Below, piece by piece: positions 36,988 through 46,748 of a stretch of DNA of 46,748 nucleotides. This stretch comes from a virus (Duplodnaviria > Caudoviricetes): positions 1-46,748 of the IMG/VR virus record IMGVR_UViG_3300027653_000018; one strand, written 5' to 3'. Within the stretch, counting starts at the first letter, position 1, and each line of letters starts with the position of its first letter. The notes under the pieces are model-generated. The model made no database searches. It was given only the letters and a program-made list of their open reading frames with translations, and had not been told where the DNA came from. Made by a program: the position numbers and the translations under genes.

Positions 36988-37593
36988 TTAGACTATATCT
37001 TTTAAAGAATATTCTTCTTTTGCGTACAATTCGTACGATGCAAAAGAACCTTGTCTAAAATCGTCAATGATCCAAAAGTTTTTAGATTCATAGACCTTTC
37101 TTCCGAACACGTCTTTAATCCATTTTTTAGAATCTATTTCAGATTCTAAGGAATCATTTTCGACAACTTCATAATCATTGTGTCCGTCATGCTCGTATTC
37201 CACAACTACTGATTGCCAGTTTGAGCCGTTCCAGAAATTGAAGCCCTTGCAGGTGGAAGCGTGGTAATGTATATCAACACCATCTTCAAGGTCTGCTGAA
37301 GAGTTTAAAGCAGAGAACGTGTTCCCATCGTCGTAATCGCTAATTAGGTCACCGATTACGATTTTTTCATCTTCATCTTCATCTTCAAACTCTTGATATG
37401 CCTTATTTGCAACAGCAAGCGCTTTTTGATTTAATATCTCAATAAAATCGCCTGCGTCTGCTGGCGATACCCCTTGCCCAAAATGATCATAAGTATCACT
37501 TACTCTCATTTCTTCTATCTCTACCGAAATAGCTAAAATAGGGTTAGGATAGTTTTCTGGATCTGTGCTTTTAATAAATGTGTAAGTTTCCAT
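36988..37593 (-). CDS. Highly acidic early protein
   Basis: 201 aa, D/E-rich (EFEDEDEDE); first gene after the tandem promoters. Confidence 0.7.
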   Translation of the reverse strand: METYTFIKSTDPENYPNPILAISVEIEEMRVSDTYDHFGQGVSPADAGDFIEILNQKALAVANKAYQEFEDEDEDEKIVIGDLISDYDDGNTFSALNSSADLEDGVDIHYHASTCKGFNFWNGSNWQSVVVEYEHDGHNDYEVVENDSLESEIDSKKWIKDVFGRKVYESKNFWIIDDFRQGSFASYELYAKEEYSLKDIV

Positions 37594-37635
37594 AATGTTT
37601 TAATTTTTTAATGTTTTATAATTTGTTTGCAATAG

Positions 37636-37758
37636 CAAAGATACTATATATTTTTTAAACTACCAAATTATTTTACAAAGATTTTTAGGTTTTTTCTTGT
37701 TGCTTAATTGCATCTTGTTGTTAATACAAAGATACAACCTTTATTTCAAATAAACAAA
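37636..37758 (-). promoter_or_regulatory. Two tandem consensus Bacteroidetes promoters (probable early region start)
   Basis: TTTG-N20-TATCTTTG at 37636-37667 and 37727-37758. Confidence 0.75.
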
Positions 37759-37788
37759 TCTTTTTACAAATAAATTTAAAATAACTTC

Positions 37789-37827
37789 AAAAAATATAGG
37801 GTAACTGTTAATTACCCTAGTATTTTT
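37789..37827 (-). terminator. Terminator at the end of the tail operon
   Basis: tagggtaa..ttacccta hairpin with A/T flanks. Confidence 0.65.
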
Positions 37828-38362
37828 ATTTAAATACATTTGTAAATATTTCAGGCATAGCAATATTTTTACCCTCCTGATAAAACGTTAAATGCGTGGT
37901 TAAGAAAGAACCTCTTTCACCTTCCGAACTCATGTTTACTTTGATAGGACAAATTCCCAATGAAATTAAGAAATCGTCTGTTCCTACATAAACTCTTGCT
38001 CTTCTTCCGCACTCCCATGACTGTAATATTTCATAGTTATTATCTGTCAATTCTGTTACATCAAAAGGTACATTTCTGGACTTGGATACAACAAATTCAG
38101 GGTCGTTATATAAGTCAGCCGTCGTTTCATCCGCTTCTGGCAAACTTCCCTTTCCTCTAACGATTGCTATATCTTCCAATATGTCGCTCCAACTGGCTGG
38201 GTCATCTATTTCTGTTGTTGGCACTTCAACATCTATAGGTACTACAATAGCCCATGTAAAAGCACCAATTCTTAAACCTTGTCCTGCACAACTCTCATCG
38301 AACTGGACATCTACTTGTAAGCCCTCGCACTCTGTAGGGCAAACTAAATCTGGTATATGCAT
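37826..38362 (-). CDS. Putative major tail (tube) protein
   Basis: 178 aa acidic, beta-rich protein with Cys-rich N-terminus; inferred. Confidence 0.45.
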   Translation of the reverse strand: MHIPDLVCPTECEGLQVDVQFDESCAGQGLRIGAFTWAIVVPIDVEVPTTEIDDPASWSDILEDIAIVRGKGSLPEADETTADLYNDPEFVVSKSRNVPFDVTELTDNNYEILQSWECGRRARVYVGTDDFLISLGICPIKVNMSSEGERGSFLTTHLTFYQEGKNIAMPEIFTNVFK

Positions 38363-38434
38363 TTTCTATAATTTTTAAAAACTTAAAATTATCAACGAAC
38401 TATTGTTCTCAATTAAGCAAGTACTATTACAAAG

Positions 38435-39298
38435 TTAATCAAAACTTTCTAAACTACAACCAGCTATTCTACAATTAGATAACCTTATTGTTATATTACA
38501 TTTTATTTCATTTTTTTTAATTGGCTCTAATTCTAAATCCCAACTCTCATTCTCAAAATTATACCACTCTTGCGAATGCGGTATAAATAAAGATTTCTCA
38601 TGCGCATTACACATATATAAAATTGCACTAACATCATCTATATCAATCTTCATGTCGATTACCGCATTTATTGTAGCATCTACATTAGAACGAATATCTC
38701 CACCTCTTAAACTCTTATCCGTCCTATCTTCTGTAATTTCTGCTGAAATACTAATAAAACTATCTGACGGTAATATTAAGTTTTGCGATATTTTATTTGC
38801 AGAACTACATACCTTTTTATCATGCTCCCAAAATATTATAATATTATCCAATCCTTTGTCTATTTTAAAATAATCTGAATAATATTCTACAGACGGTCCA
38901 AATAAAACTTCGAAATAATAAGTATCACTAATATCTGAATTTAAATACATATTTTGCAATATACTATCTGAATACATATTATTACTCGTGGTTTTATTTG
39001 CTAATATACTTAAATCCGAACCTGATATTAAGTTATTTTCACTTTTATCAAAAACAATATAATCTCCTAATTTTTCAATAAAAGAATTAAAATCATATCT
39101 TGTCTTCCCACCCTCGCAATCTATTTTAACTAATTGAAAATCTAAATTCTCAACTGGCGGTACGCTTCCGTCTAACTTTAATTCAAAATTAGGTATATTA
39201 TAAAATACTTTGTAATTATCAATATTAGCACTATTTCTTGTAAACTTCAATAAACTACCATATGTATTTACCCTGCCTTTAAATATCTTCTCAATCAT
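38435..39298 (-). CDS. Putative tail protein
   Basis: Position downstream of the tape measure gene. Confidence 0.5.
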   Translation of the reverse strand: MIEKIFKGRVNTYGSLLKFTRNSANIDNYKVFYNIPNFELKLDGSVPPVENLDFQLVKIDCEGGKTRYDFNSFIEKLGDYIVFDKSENNLISGSDLSILANKTTSNNMYSDSILQNMYLNSDISDTYYFEVLFGPSVEYYSDYFKIDKGLDNIIIFWEHDKKVCSSANKISQNLILPSDSFISISAEITEDRTDKSLRGGDIRSNVDATINAVIDMKIDIDDVSAILYMCNAHEKSLFIPHSQEWYNFENESWDLELEPIKKNEIKCNITIRLSNCRIAGCSLESFD

Positions 39299-41175
39299 CT
39301 TGTTTCAAATTTAATTGATAAAATTCTACTATTTAAATTATATGAACTTTGCACTGCAAAATACCATTTCCCGTCCTTTTCCATCACCTCCATCTCTTCG
39401 GGTACTAAACTACAATTAACAATCTGTACCTCCTCTAAATCCCTTCTTGATAATGCTTCTAACTGCCCCCATGCACTAAATTCCTTATTTGCATAATCTC
39501 CACTTAACCACCAACTAACCCCATTTCTGGATAAATAATTTCTTGGTGCATTATGACCAATTACTGTTTGATTTGGATTAGCATATTTTTCATTGTACAA
39601 TAAAAATCCTTCATCGCTAAACACTTCATTTCCTATCTCCTCCATCGCTTTTCTAATAACATTTGTTCTAACTGGTAAATCAGCAGGACTAACATCTCTA
39701 AATGTATCATAAATTCCATTCGCATTGTAAGGTGAGTCTTTCCCAAAATCTTGAAATATCACCCCTCTCCAATCTGTCGAAAATAGACTTATAGACTTCT
39801 TAACTCTCCCGCCTGTTGCTAAATGCTCTTTCGTTATATTTCTTAATGTCTCTATTCTTGCATTCTCCTTCATCTCAATTTCAACATATTCTGGCTGGGA
39901 ATCTAAATATTTATATATATTTAAAACTTCCACCTTACTTTCATCTACTTTATATGCATTAAAAACATAAGGAGAATATAATCCCGGTACTTTCTTGTAT
40001 TTATATAAGCTGTGATATTGATTAAATTGCCATCTCGGATTAAATATAGATAATAAATATCCTCCATTTTCGTCTTTCGAAATAAACCATTGGCATCTTA
40101 AAAACGAACAAAGGTTATCTATAATATCCTGCAAGCTTAATCCATAATTCTTTGCTTTCTCAATTGCCCACGGTCTCTTTGCATTAGACTTCTGGACTAA
40201 ATGAAATCTATTTGCAACACCGCTTAAAAAATCATATGCTAAGAACTGCAATCGCCCATTAAATGTACCTGTGTCATATTTTATCCTACCATCTGGAAAA
40301 TAATGCAAAAGAATATGATTTATAGCATCCTCTAATTTTATAGCATCAATTAATGTTGCATCTCCGTCATTACTGCTCATGAAGTTCTTATAAACCTTTA
40401 CAATACTATATCCACTCTGATTGTAAAAATTCTCATGTATCGTAAAACTTGGTTCTACTACTTCTAAAGTATCTTTATCAATTATCCAAATTGTGTAGCT
40501 TTTATGAATAAAAGGCTGTGTAGGCGTTGGTAATACACTCTCTTCATCATACCCTACCCAATTCAAATAGTCAGGGTCTTGATTCTCTAATGCATTTAAT
40601 ACATTTTGTCTTTCTGTTCCTGTTACCAACGTTCCCTCTGTAAATACCCTTACTTTATTCCAATAATTTTCTATATAAGAAATATTGAACACATTCCATT
40701 CTTCAATGTTCCCATCCAATCTTCTAACTACCCTGTACTGTCTTCTTGAAATATCAATATCCGTTCCTAATCCGTCTAATATTACTTCTTCATTCCATGC
40801 TTTTTTAAAATCATCATTCATTTTTTGCAAACCACCTAAACTTCCATCTCCAATAAAACACAAGCATCTTTCTTTATCCCATTTTATTTTTTGAGTATCT
40901 ACATAAAAATCTATCTGCTCACTTCCATCCCTTATCTGAATAATTAAATCTCTTCCATTATTTTGCGTTTCGTCATCATAATTATTCTGAATTAATACAT
41001 CATATGCCCTACCAGATAAGACAAACTCACCACTTATCTTTATTTCATTCCCAATTTGCGGTAAATCAAATCTTGTTTTCTCAATTGCAATATCTCCATG
41101 AATTAAATCTGTTGCATCTATACTTGTGTATAAAGACCCTAGATTATGATAATATCTCAATCTATACTCTATCAT
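39295..41175 (-). CDS. Putative tail tip/hub protein
   Basis: 626 aa directly after the tape measure gene. Confidence 0.55.
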   Translation of the reverse strand: MIEYRLRYYHNLGSLYTSIDATDLIHGDIAIEKTRFDLPQIGNEIKISGEFVLSGRAYDVLIQNNYDDETQNNGRDLIIQIRDGSEQIDFYVDTQKIKWDKERCLCFIGDGSLGGLQKMNDDFKKAWNEEVILDGLGTDIDISRRQYRVVRRLDGNIEEWNVFNISYIENYWNKVRVFTEGTLVTGTERQNVLNALENQDPDYLNWVGYDEESVLPTPTQPFIHKSYTIWIIDKDTLEVVEPSFTIHENFYNQSGYSIVKVYKNFMSSNDGDATLIDAIKLEDAINHILLHYFPDGRIKYDTGTFNGRLQFLAYDFLSGVANRFHLVQKSNAKRPWAIEKAKNYGLSLQDIIDNLCSFLRCQWFISKDENGGYLLSIFNPRWQFNQYHSLYKYKKVPGLYSPYVFNAYKVDESKVEVLNIYKYLDSQPEYVEIEMKENARIETLRNITKEHLATGGRVKKSISLFSTDWRGVIFQDFGKDSPYNANGIYDTFRDVSPADLPVRTNVIRKAMEEIGNEVFSDEGFLLYNEKYANPNQTVIGHNAPRNYLSRNGVSWWLSGDYANKEFSAWGQLEALSRRDLEEVQIVNCSLVPEEMEVMEKDGKWYFAVQSSYNLNSRILSIKFETR

Positions 41176-44100
41176 ATTACTCTTGTAATTTTATTACCTT
41201 TCTTAATGTATTTACTACCATTATGGTAATAAATATTCTTATCCGAAATTGCTATTAATCTATTCAGCCCTTTGCTTACCTCTTTATCTGTTTTAACATT
41301 AATATCATTCTTGACACGCACCTCGCCTTGATTTATCGTTCCATTTATATCACTTAGCATTAATTCCATTCCTTGCAAATCTCCTAAATTTAACATTTCT
41401 AATAATGGTAACGCATGTCCTTTTCTAGATTCCTTTTTGTTTACTGCATATAAAATCTCTCCTCTTTCATACTCTGCCACTTTTCTACCGTCTTTTGTGT
41501 GCAATCCTAACCCTCCTTGCCTGTGCGAATGCCCTACATTCTTTAAATCCAAAGCTCCACCCGCCTCAAAAGTAGGCACATCTTGCTTCATTGCATTAAT
41601 CTTCGCTCTCATTGCTAAATATCCACTTACCAAAGCAACTGCTTGCGCTATACCTAATGCAACACCAACAAAAGGTATACTTGCTGTTGATGCCATCGCC
41701 TGTGCCGAACCTTTCAAAATCGCCGACAAAGCTGTTGCTGAATTCATAATTTGTTCTGCCGATTGCATTGCAAATCTCGCTTTAGCTTCTCTAATCTCCA
41801 ACTCTGTTAATTTTTGCGCTGCCTGCTCTCTTGCTTGCTCCTCTGCTAATAACTGCTCTTTTAATAAATTTAATTTCTCTTCATCTCTTTCAAAACTAGA
41901 TGCCATATCTTCATCGTACATCGTATCTCTTTCATCTAGTAATGCACGCTCCTCATCTATTAATCTTCTTAAATTTTCAATATTCCTTTCCTGTGCACTC
42001 ATTTGAGCTTGCAAAGCTGTTCTTTGCATTTCAAATATATTATCAATCGTCTGCCTTGCCAATCTTTCAATCTGCTGTCCTGCTCGTTTTAACGCTTCTT
42101 CTAACTCCTTATCTACTTCACCCGAAAAACCTAAAACAAACAAAGCTCCAATACTTCCACCTGCTTTCTCAAAGATACCTTGCATTTCTTGCACCTTCCT
42201 GCTCGATACTATTACTATATTTGCAATTTCATTCCCTACCTCTTCAGCTATATTATCGTCATGTAACCCAAAGAACGCTTTAATATCTACACTTCCATCA
42301 CTTTTTAAATAAGCATCTACTTTTTCTTTAGAAATTCCAAACGCTTCTATATACGCATAAGAACTTTCAATTTCTGCCTGCTTAATTTCTTCGCTATCTC
42401 CAAATATTTGTTTTGCTAAAGATAGTTGATTATCTGTTACAGATTTTATTCTCCTTTGAGCATTAATAAAAGAATTTACACTTGCATCTTCTACCTCCTT
42501 TGCTTCTTTCTTACTTAATGCAATTCTCTGATTTATCAACTCTTCTTCTAATCTATTTAATTTATCAAGCTGCTCTCCTTTGACTAAATGCCTGTTTGCA
42601 TCAATCTCCGCTAACTTTGCATCAATTTCTGCATACATATTACTATACTTATCAATAACATCCTGTACTTCATCATCGCCTGCTAATTGCTTATCAATTC
42701 CTTGTACTAAATCTACAATCGAATTATTAAAATTCTCTATTGCATCAAATGTATCTTTCTGGAAATTAGATACTATTGTTTTAGCTACATTTTTAAATCT
42801 CTCTTCCAACTCCTCTGTCATCTTTCCTGCGTCTTTAAAAGATTTAGCTAAAGCATCTAATGTTCCAATTTGATTATCAAATTCTTTATTTAATACCTTT
42901 AGTTCTTTCTCTAATCCTGCGCCTAAAGACTCCATTAATGCTTTCTCTTCAATCTGGATTAAAGTGTTTAATAAATCTTTGAAATTATCTTTTGCAATTT
43001 TCGTATTGTTAGATACCCCCTGTGTATTTGCTGTAAGATTAGCTGTTAATTTATTTGATTCTCCTAGTAACTTATTAACCTCATCCATTACAATACCTCG
43101 TTCGCTATCCATTTTTAGCGTTGCATCAATTAAATCATATTGATATATTAAAGATTCAGTATTCAGACCATTCATTCTCAATTGTTCAATTGCTTCTGAT
43201 GTTTTCTGTTTTTCCACCTCCAACTCTTCCCTGCTCATGCTTAAAATGCTAGTAACTGTACTTTCAAACAATTCTCCATTACTTACATGCTGTTCATAAT
43301 ATTCCATGTACTTCTGTACATAGTCATTAATTCTTTCCTCTGCTTTAGCTCTAAACGCTTGCGCTATATTAACATCTATTATACTCTGTTCAATCCTCTT
43401 ATATGCATCCGCAACATTACCTGCTAATATCTCCTCATCTGTCAAATTCTTTAAAATGTCTGGATACATCTTTCTCAACTCTCCTAATGCTCTGTTCCTG
43501 TCTTCTAAAGATTTATTATTATTTTCTATTGTGTTTCTTAACTTCTGCACCTCCACAATCTCTTTCCCTACCTGTGCATTAACTCTCATTGTAGTCGCTT
43601 CCACTTCTTTATTATTACTATTCCACTCGACTAATTTAGATATCAAATATCCTACTCCTGCTACAAGTGCTCCAACTCCTGTACTTATTAAAGCTAATCT
43701 CAATCTTGTTAATGCCGTTACTGTTGTATTGGTAGCCACTGCGCTCGCTCTCATTATTGCATTCCATGCTGACCTTACAATACTGTCCTGCCTTGTCAAT
43801 GCTGTACTTACGCCTTGCAAGCCATTCATAATAGTCATTAATGCATTGAGCCTCGTCAAAGTTCTTACTACATTATCATTCTCCAATCCAAACAAAGCCA
43901 TTGTACCTGTTACAACACTTGCCACGCTGGAAATTTCCTGCATACCTAAAATAACCTTATTGAGCTGGCTTGATTGACCTTTCAAGCTGTTATCAATTTC
44001 TTTTAATGCTGTTTGATAATCTCTTGCTCTCTTTGTTAATTCTTGATAACGCTCTGGATTTGTTGCATCCTCTCCTGATAGCTTCATTCTCGTCAATTCA

Positions 44101-44795
44101 TTCCTAATATCTCTAATAACCTGCGATACTCTCTTGCTATCCACTTGTGCCTTCTCCATTGCTTTTGCAACCAAATCTATATTCCTACTTCCTCCCTTTC
44201 CTAATGTTTCTACTGCAGCATTCAGAACATCTGCTTCATTTTTTGCTCCTTTTACAGATTGAGAAAATTTTTCAAACTCCTTTGCTCCTAACTTACTTGC
44301 TCCTACCATGCTTCTAGCATAATCCTGAATTCTCTTATCTACTTGCAAAAATTGTTCATCCAATGTTTTCATAGAGCCAGTAACCTTATCAATCTCTTTC
44401 TCAATATCAAACATTGCTTTCCTATCTGCTACGCCTTTACTTTGCTTTTTCGATAATTCATCATACTGTCTTTGTAAAGATTTTAATTTCTCATTCTCCT
44501 TATCTAATTTTGAAATTAACTCATCCCTCATTTTAGACTGCTCTGCGATTGCTTTTGCATGGTTTGTAACCTTTCGCATTTCTCTTTCTGTATCTGCCAA
44601 TCGCTCACCTAAATTCTTTGCACTCTCCGCCATTTCATCTAAAGAACTCTTTGTCTTATCGATACTTTTATCATCGATTAAAGGTTTTGAGATTTCTTCT
44701 TTAGATTTCTCAATTTCCTTCATCTTTTCAATAATGCTATCTATATCTCTCTTAATCTGGCTGTTATCTCCCTCGAAGCTTAGATTTATTTTCAT
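41172..44795 (-). CDS. Tail tape measure protein
   Basis: 1207 aa coiled-coil; ALISTGVGALV and SIPFVGVALG hydrophobic segments. Confidence 0.88.
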   Translation of the reverse strand: MKINLSFEGDNSQIKRDIDSIIEKMKEIEKSKEEISKPLIDDKSIDKTKSSLDEMAESAKNLGERLADTEREMRKVTNHAKAIAEQSKMRDELISKLDKENEKLKSLQRQYDELSKKQSKGVADRKAMFDIEKEIDKVTGSMKTLDEQFLQVDKRIQDYARSMVGASKLGAKEFEKFSQSVKGAKNEADVLNAAVETLGKGGSRNIDLVAKAMEKAQVDSKRVSQVIRDIRNELTRMKLSGEDATNPERYQELTKRARDYQTALKEIDNSLKGQSSQLNKVILGMQEISSVASVVTGTMALFGLENDNVVRTLTRLNALMTIMNGLQGVSTALTRQDSIVRSAWNAIMRASAVATNTTVTALTRLRLALISTGVGALVAGVGYLISKLVEWNSNNKEVEATTMRVNAQVGKEIVEVQKLRNTIENNNKSLEDRNRALGELRKMYPDILKNLTDEEILAGNVADAYKRIEQSIIDVNIAQAFRAKAEERINDYVQKYMEYYEQHVSNGELFESTVTSILSMSREELEVEKQKTSEAIEQLRMNGLNTESLIYQYDLIDATLKMDSERGIVMDEVNKLLGESNKLTANLTANTQGVSNNTKIAKDNFKDLLNTLIQIEEKALMESLGAGLEKELKVLNKEFDNQIGTLDALAKSFKDAGKMTEELEERFKNVAKTIVSNFQKDTFDAIENFNNSIVDLVQGIDKQLAGDDEVQDVIDKYSNMYAEIDAKLAEIDANRHLVKGEQLDKLNRLEEELINQRIALSKKEAKEVEDASVNSFINAQRRIKSVTDNQLSLAKQIFGDSEEIKQAEIESSYAYIEAFGISKEKVDAYLKSDGSVDIKAFFGLHDDNIAEEVGNEIANIVIVSSRKVQEMQGIFEKAGGSIGALFVLGFSGEVDKELEEALKRAGQQIERLARQTIDNIFEMQRTALQAQMSAQERNIENLRRLIDEERALLDERDTMYDEDMASSFERDEEKLNLLKEQLLAEEQAREQAAQKLTELEIREAKARFAMQSAEQIMNSATALSAILKGSAQAMASTASIPFVGVALGIAQAVALVSGYLAMRAKINAMKQDVPTFEAGGALDLKNVGHSHRQGGLGLHTKDGRKVAEYERGEILYAVNKKESRKGHALPLLEMLNLGDLQGMELMLSDINGTINQGEVRVKNDINVKTDKEVSKGLNRLIAISDKNIYYHNGSKYIKKGNKITRVI

Positions 44796-45135
44796 TTTTC
44801 TTATTTTTCTCTAAAAAATTAATATGCTCTGTAAGCAATCTAAAGAAATTACCTGCTTCCATTTCCTTAATTCTATATGCTTTCTCAATATCATTTTTAG
44901 ACAAAGAATAAAGCATCTTACTAAATTCAACATTAGAAAAGTCTTGCCTTAAAGATTTTAATTTCTTCTTCTGCTCTACAACCTCTTTTCCTGCTCCTCC
45001 AAAATTGACGTACCTATACTCGAAATGTCTTTGACTATTTCTTCTAATCTCATTCTCTGTCTTAAAATATCTTCTATATGCTCTTTGTATTCCTGCAATA
45101 TATTCTGAACCAAAGGCATTCCAAAATCCAAAAAA
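44764..45135 (-). CDS. Tail assembly chaperone, -1 frame extension (T part)
   Basis: Overlaps 44976..45533 in the -1 frame just upstream of the tape measure gene. Confidence 0.45.
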   Translation of the reverse strand, partial: FFGFWNAFGSEYIAGIQRAYRRYFKTENEIRRNSQRHFEYRYVNFGGAGKEVVEQKKKLKSLRQDFSNVEFSKMLYSLSKNDIEKAYRIKEMEAGNFFRLLTEHINFLEKNKKNENKSKLRGR

Positions 45136-45533
45136 CTTTGAAAACTTAAGCCCTCCTTCGCCCAATCTTCAATCTTTTTTAATTCTTCTTCTTCCGAAAT
45201 ACCTCTCAAATCCTCTCCTTCTGCGTTTATATATAATGCACATAATCTTAAAATTGGATTCCCTAAATTCTTTTGTTCCTTTAATTCTGTTAATCTGTTG
45301 TGTGCAATAACTGCGACCTCTGCTAAGTTTCCCTTATTTGCATTATTAAATATTCTTGTAAGTACTTTCTTTTCATCCTCTTCCACTCCATACACTCCTC
45401 TTCCAATATCCTGAACTAGATTTGACGCTCTTACATACCTTTCAATAGATAACGATTTCGTTGCTGTATAAATTACGTTGTTAGCTCTGAACGGTCTTCC
45501 AATTTTTATTTCAATATCTTTTAATTTCTCCAT
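44976..45533 (-). CDS. Tail assembly chaperone (G part), putative
   Basis: Position upstream of the tape measure gene; slippery T TTT TTG. Confidence 0.55.
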   Translation of the reverse strand: MEKLKDIEIKIGRPFRANNVIYTATKSLSIERYVRASNLVQDIGRGVYGVEEDEKKVLTRIFNNANKGNLAEVAVIAHNRLTELKEQKNLGNPILRLCALYINAEGEDLRGISEEEELKKIEDWAKEGLSFQSFLDFGMPLVQNILQEYKEHIEDILRQRMRLEEIVKDISSIGTSILEEQEKRL

Positions 45534-45820
45534 AAGTCTAAAAATATTTTAACTGCCAATATTGTTGCAAGCGTTGTAAATATAATTTCTATTATTCCTG
45601 TGTAAAATATAATACTAAGCCATAATGATAATTGCCCTGAAAGGCAATACGGACACGTTAGCAATTTGGTTAATGCATTGTGCGAATTCAATCCATCCTC
45701 TTTCGTTCCAAATAGCTTTAGAATTATATTCTCATAATTTTTTAATAAATCTTTTAAGAATATAAATTCATAAACCACTCCGAATAGAAATGATGCTATA
45801 AATATTTTAAAACTTATCAT
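45521..45820 (-). CDS. Small membrane protein (DUF1360-like)
   Basis: TM helices and LLTCPYCLS motif. Confidence 0.6.
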   Translation of the reverse strand: MISFKIFIASFLFGVVYEFIFLKDLLKNYENIILKLFGTKEDGLNSHNALTKLLTCPYCLSGQLSLWLSIIFYTGIIEIIFTTLATILAVKIFLDLWRN

Positions 45821-46277
45821 AATCGTCTTTTATTTTCTTTGCGTCCTTCATAACACCTTGTGATGTATTAATTAATTCTTTAAAATAATATCTAAATCCC
45901 TTACCTTTATTCATTATCTGTATCGACCTATCGATTGATGTTAATTCCCTCCATATTAAGAAAAATCCTATTGCCTTAGATATTACATGTTCTATATCTG
46001 TAAATTTACTATAAAATTCACTCAATATAAAACTATCTAATAGGAATAACACAAAGAATATAAATAGATATATGAATATCTTTACAAATAATCCATAGAA
46101 TTTATCCCAACTCCATTTTTCTTTACTATATACCATTCTGATAAATGCAATAATTGTATCTGTAATAACTGCAAAGAATATAGTGATTATCATGTAATAG
46201 CTTGGTGCTATAACAATTGTAATACTCCCAATTATTCCAATTATTGCGGTAATTATATTATCTGAATCTCTTATCAT
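45807..46277 (-). CDS. Putative holin, copy 2
   Basis: Paralog of 308..793 (DTII..F.R...KEKWSW.KF...K). Confidence 0.7.
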   Translation of the reverse strand: MIRDSDNIITAIIGIIGSITIVIAPSYYMIITIFFAVITDTIIAFIRMVYSKEKWSWDKFYGLFVKIFIYLFIFFVLFLLDSFILSEFYSKFTDIEHVISKAIGFFLIWRELTSIDRSIQIMNKGKGFRYYFKELINTSQGVMKDAKKIKDDYDKF

Positions 46278-46748
46278 TTATAAAGTTATTTAAAAAGCAT
46301 ATGTACCTTTCCTTATCTTTAAAGATATTGCAATCTTGTTTGTTTGTGCCAAAAAACGGTTCAATGATTAGCGCTGGTATTGGCGTAAGATTTAAGAAAT
46401 AAAAACCTCTTTCACTTTTGTGTGACGTAAACTTCACTCCTCTAGCTCCTCTAATCTTCATTTCTGGATATTCTTTTATATACGCATCCGCCAATTCTCT
46501 TGCATACCTTTCACCCTTGTTGCTACCACCATACGCAAAGACCTCAAAGCCATTAGCCTCTTCTGTATGATGCCCATTAAAATGTAGCTCGATAACCAAT
46601 TTGTACTGCTTATTTTCTCGCAAAAAATTAGCTAAAGTCTTTTGTCTTTGATAGTAATTTCTAATCGTATGCACATAAACATCTGCATTTAAACCATTAG
46701 CAATATCTCTGTTATAATCCCATTCAGATTGTTTTAAGAATTCTGAAT
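46258..46748 (-). CDS. Amidase endolysin, copy 2 (N-terminus beyond the window end)
   Basis: Near-identical direct repeat of about 1754..2225 with scattered substitutions. Confidence 0.88.
   Translation of the reverse strand, partial: SEFLKQSEWDYNRDIANGLNADVYVHTIRNYYQRQKTLANFLRENKQYKLVIELHFNGHHTEEANGFEVFAYGGSNKGERYARELADAYIKEYPEMKIRGARGVKFTSHKSERGFYFLNLTPIPALIIEPFFGTNKQDCNIFKDKERYICFLNNFINDKRFR

Larger units (their letters stand above)
1..46748 (-). mobile_element. Tailed dsDNA bacteriophage genome (siphovirus-like), probably near-complete, Bacteroidetes host
   Basis: Terminase, portal, capsid, tape measure, lysis and replication genes are co-oriented; Bacteroidetes-type promoters; no run of host housekeeping genes. 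Confidence 0.93.

Noticed and set aside
633-43977. Numerous plus-strand ORFs in the track (e.g. 691..1224, 20203..20700, 41437..42006, 43456..43977)
   Set aside because: They are antisense shadows of well-supported minus-strand genes, with Ser/Phe/Leu-rich composition
46258-46748. Phage direct terminal repeat or circularisation overlap
   Set aside because: The match is to an internal site (about 1754-2225), not to position 1, and carries substitutions; a gene duplication explains it better
1-46748. Alternative genetic code
   Set aside because: Conserved genes (terL, thyA, primase, tape measure) are uninterrupted under the standard code

Overview
AT-rich, probably near-complete ~47 kb tailed dsDNA phage of a Bacteroidetes/Flavobacteriia-type host, judged from TTTG-N19/20-TAnnTTTG promoters and AT-rich leaders without Shine-Dalgarno sites. 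Almost all genes are on the minus strand. Modules: packaging and head (TerS, TerL, portal, F-like protein, scaffold, capsid), tail (chaperones, tape measure, tail proteins), duplicated lysis genes (two amidases, two holins, two u-spanin-like lipoproteins, with both window ends falling inside duplicates), and replication/recombination (ERF, YqaJ exonuclease, SSB, primase-helicase, SF2 helicase, VRR-NUC, beta clamp, DNA MTase, ThyA, DHFR). I see no integrase or DNA polymerase. Two features stand out. (1) Two integrase-less arrays of integron-like cassettes (about 9995-11600 and 26197-29312) are bounded by attC-like hairpins. Their genes run opposite to canonical cassettes, often start inside the attC loop, and show N-/C-terminal module swapping exactly at the AAC core. 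(2) A complete array-less type IV-B CRISPR-Cas-like operon (csf1-cas11-csf2-cysH-csf3) sits among the replication genes. Several candidate structured RNAs are also present. All calls come from reading the sequence by eye; no searches or folding were run.
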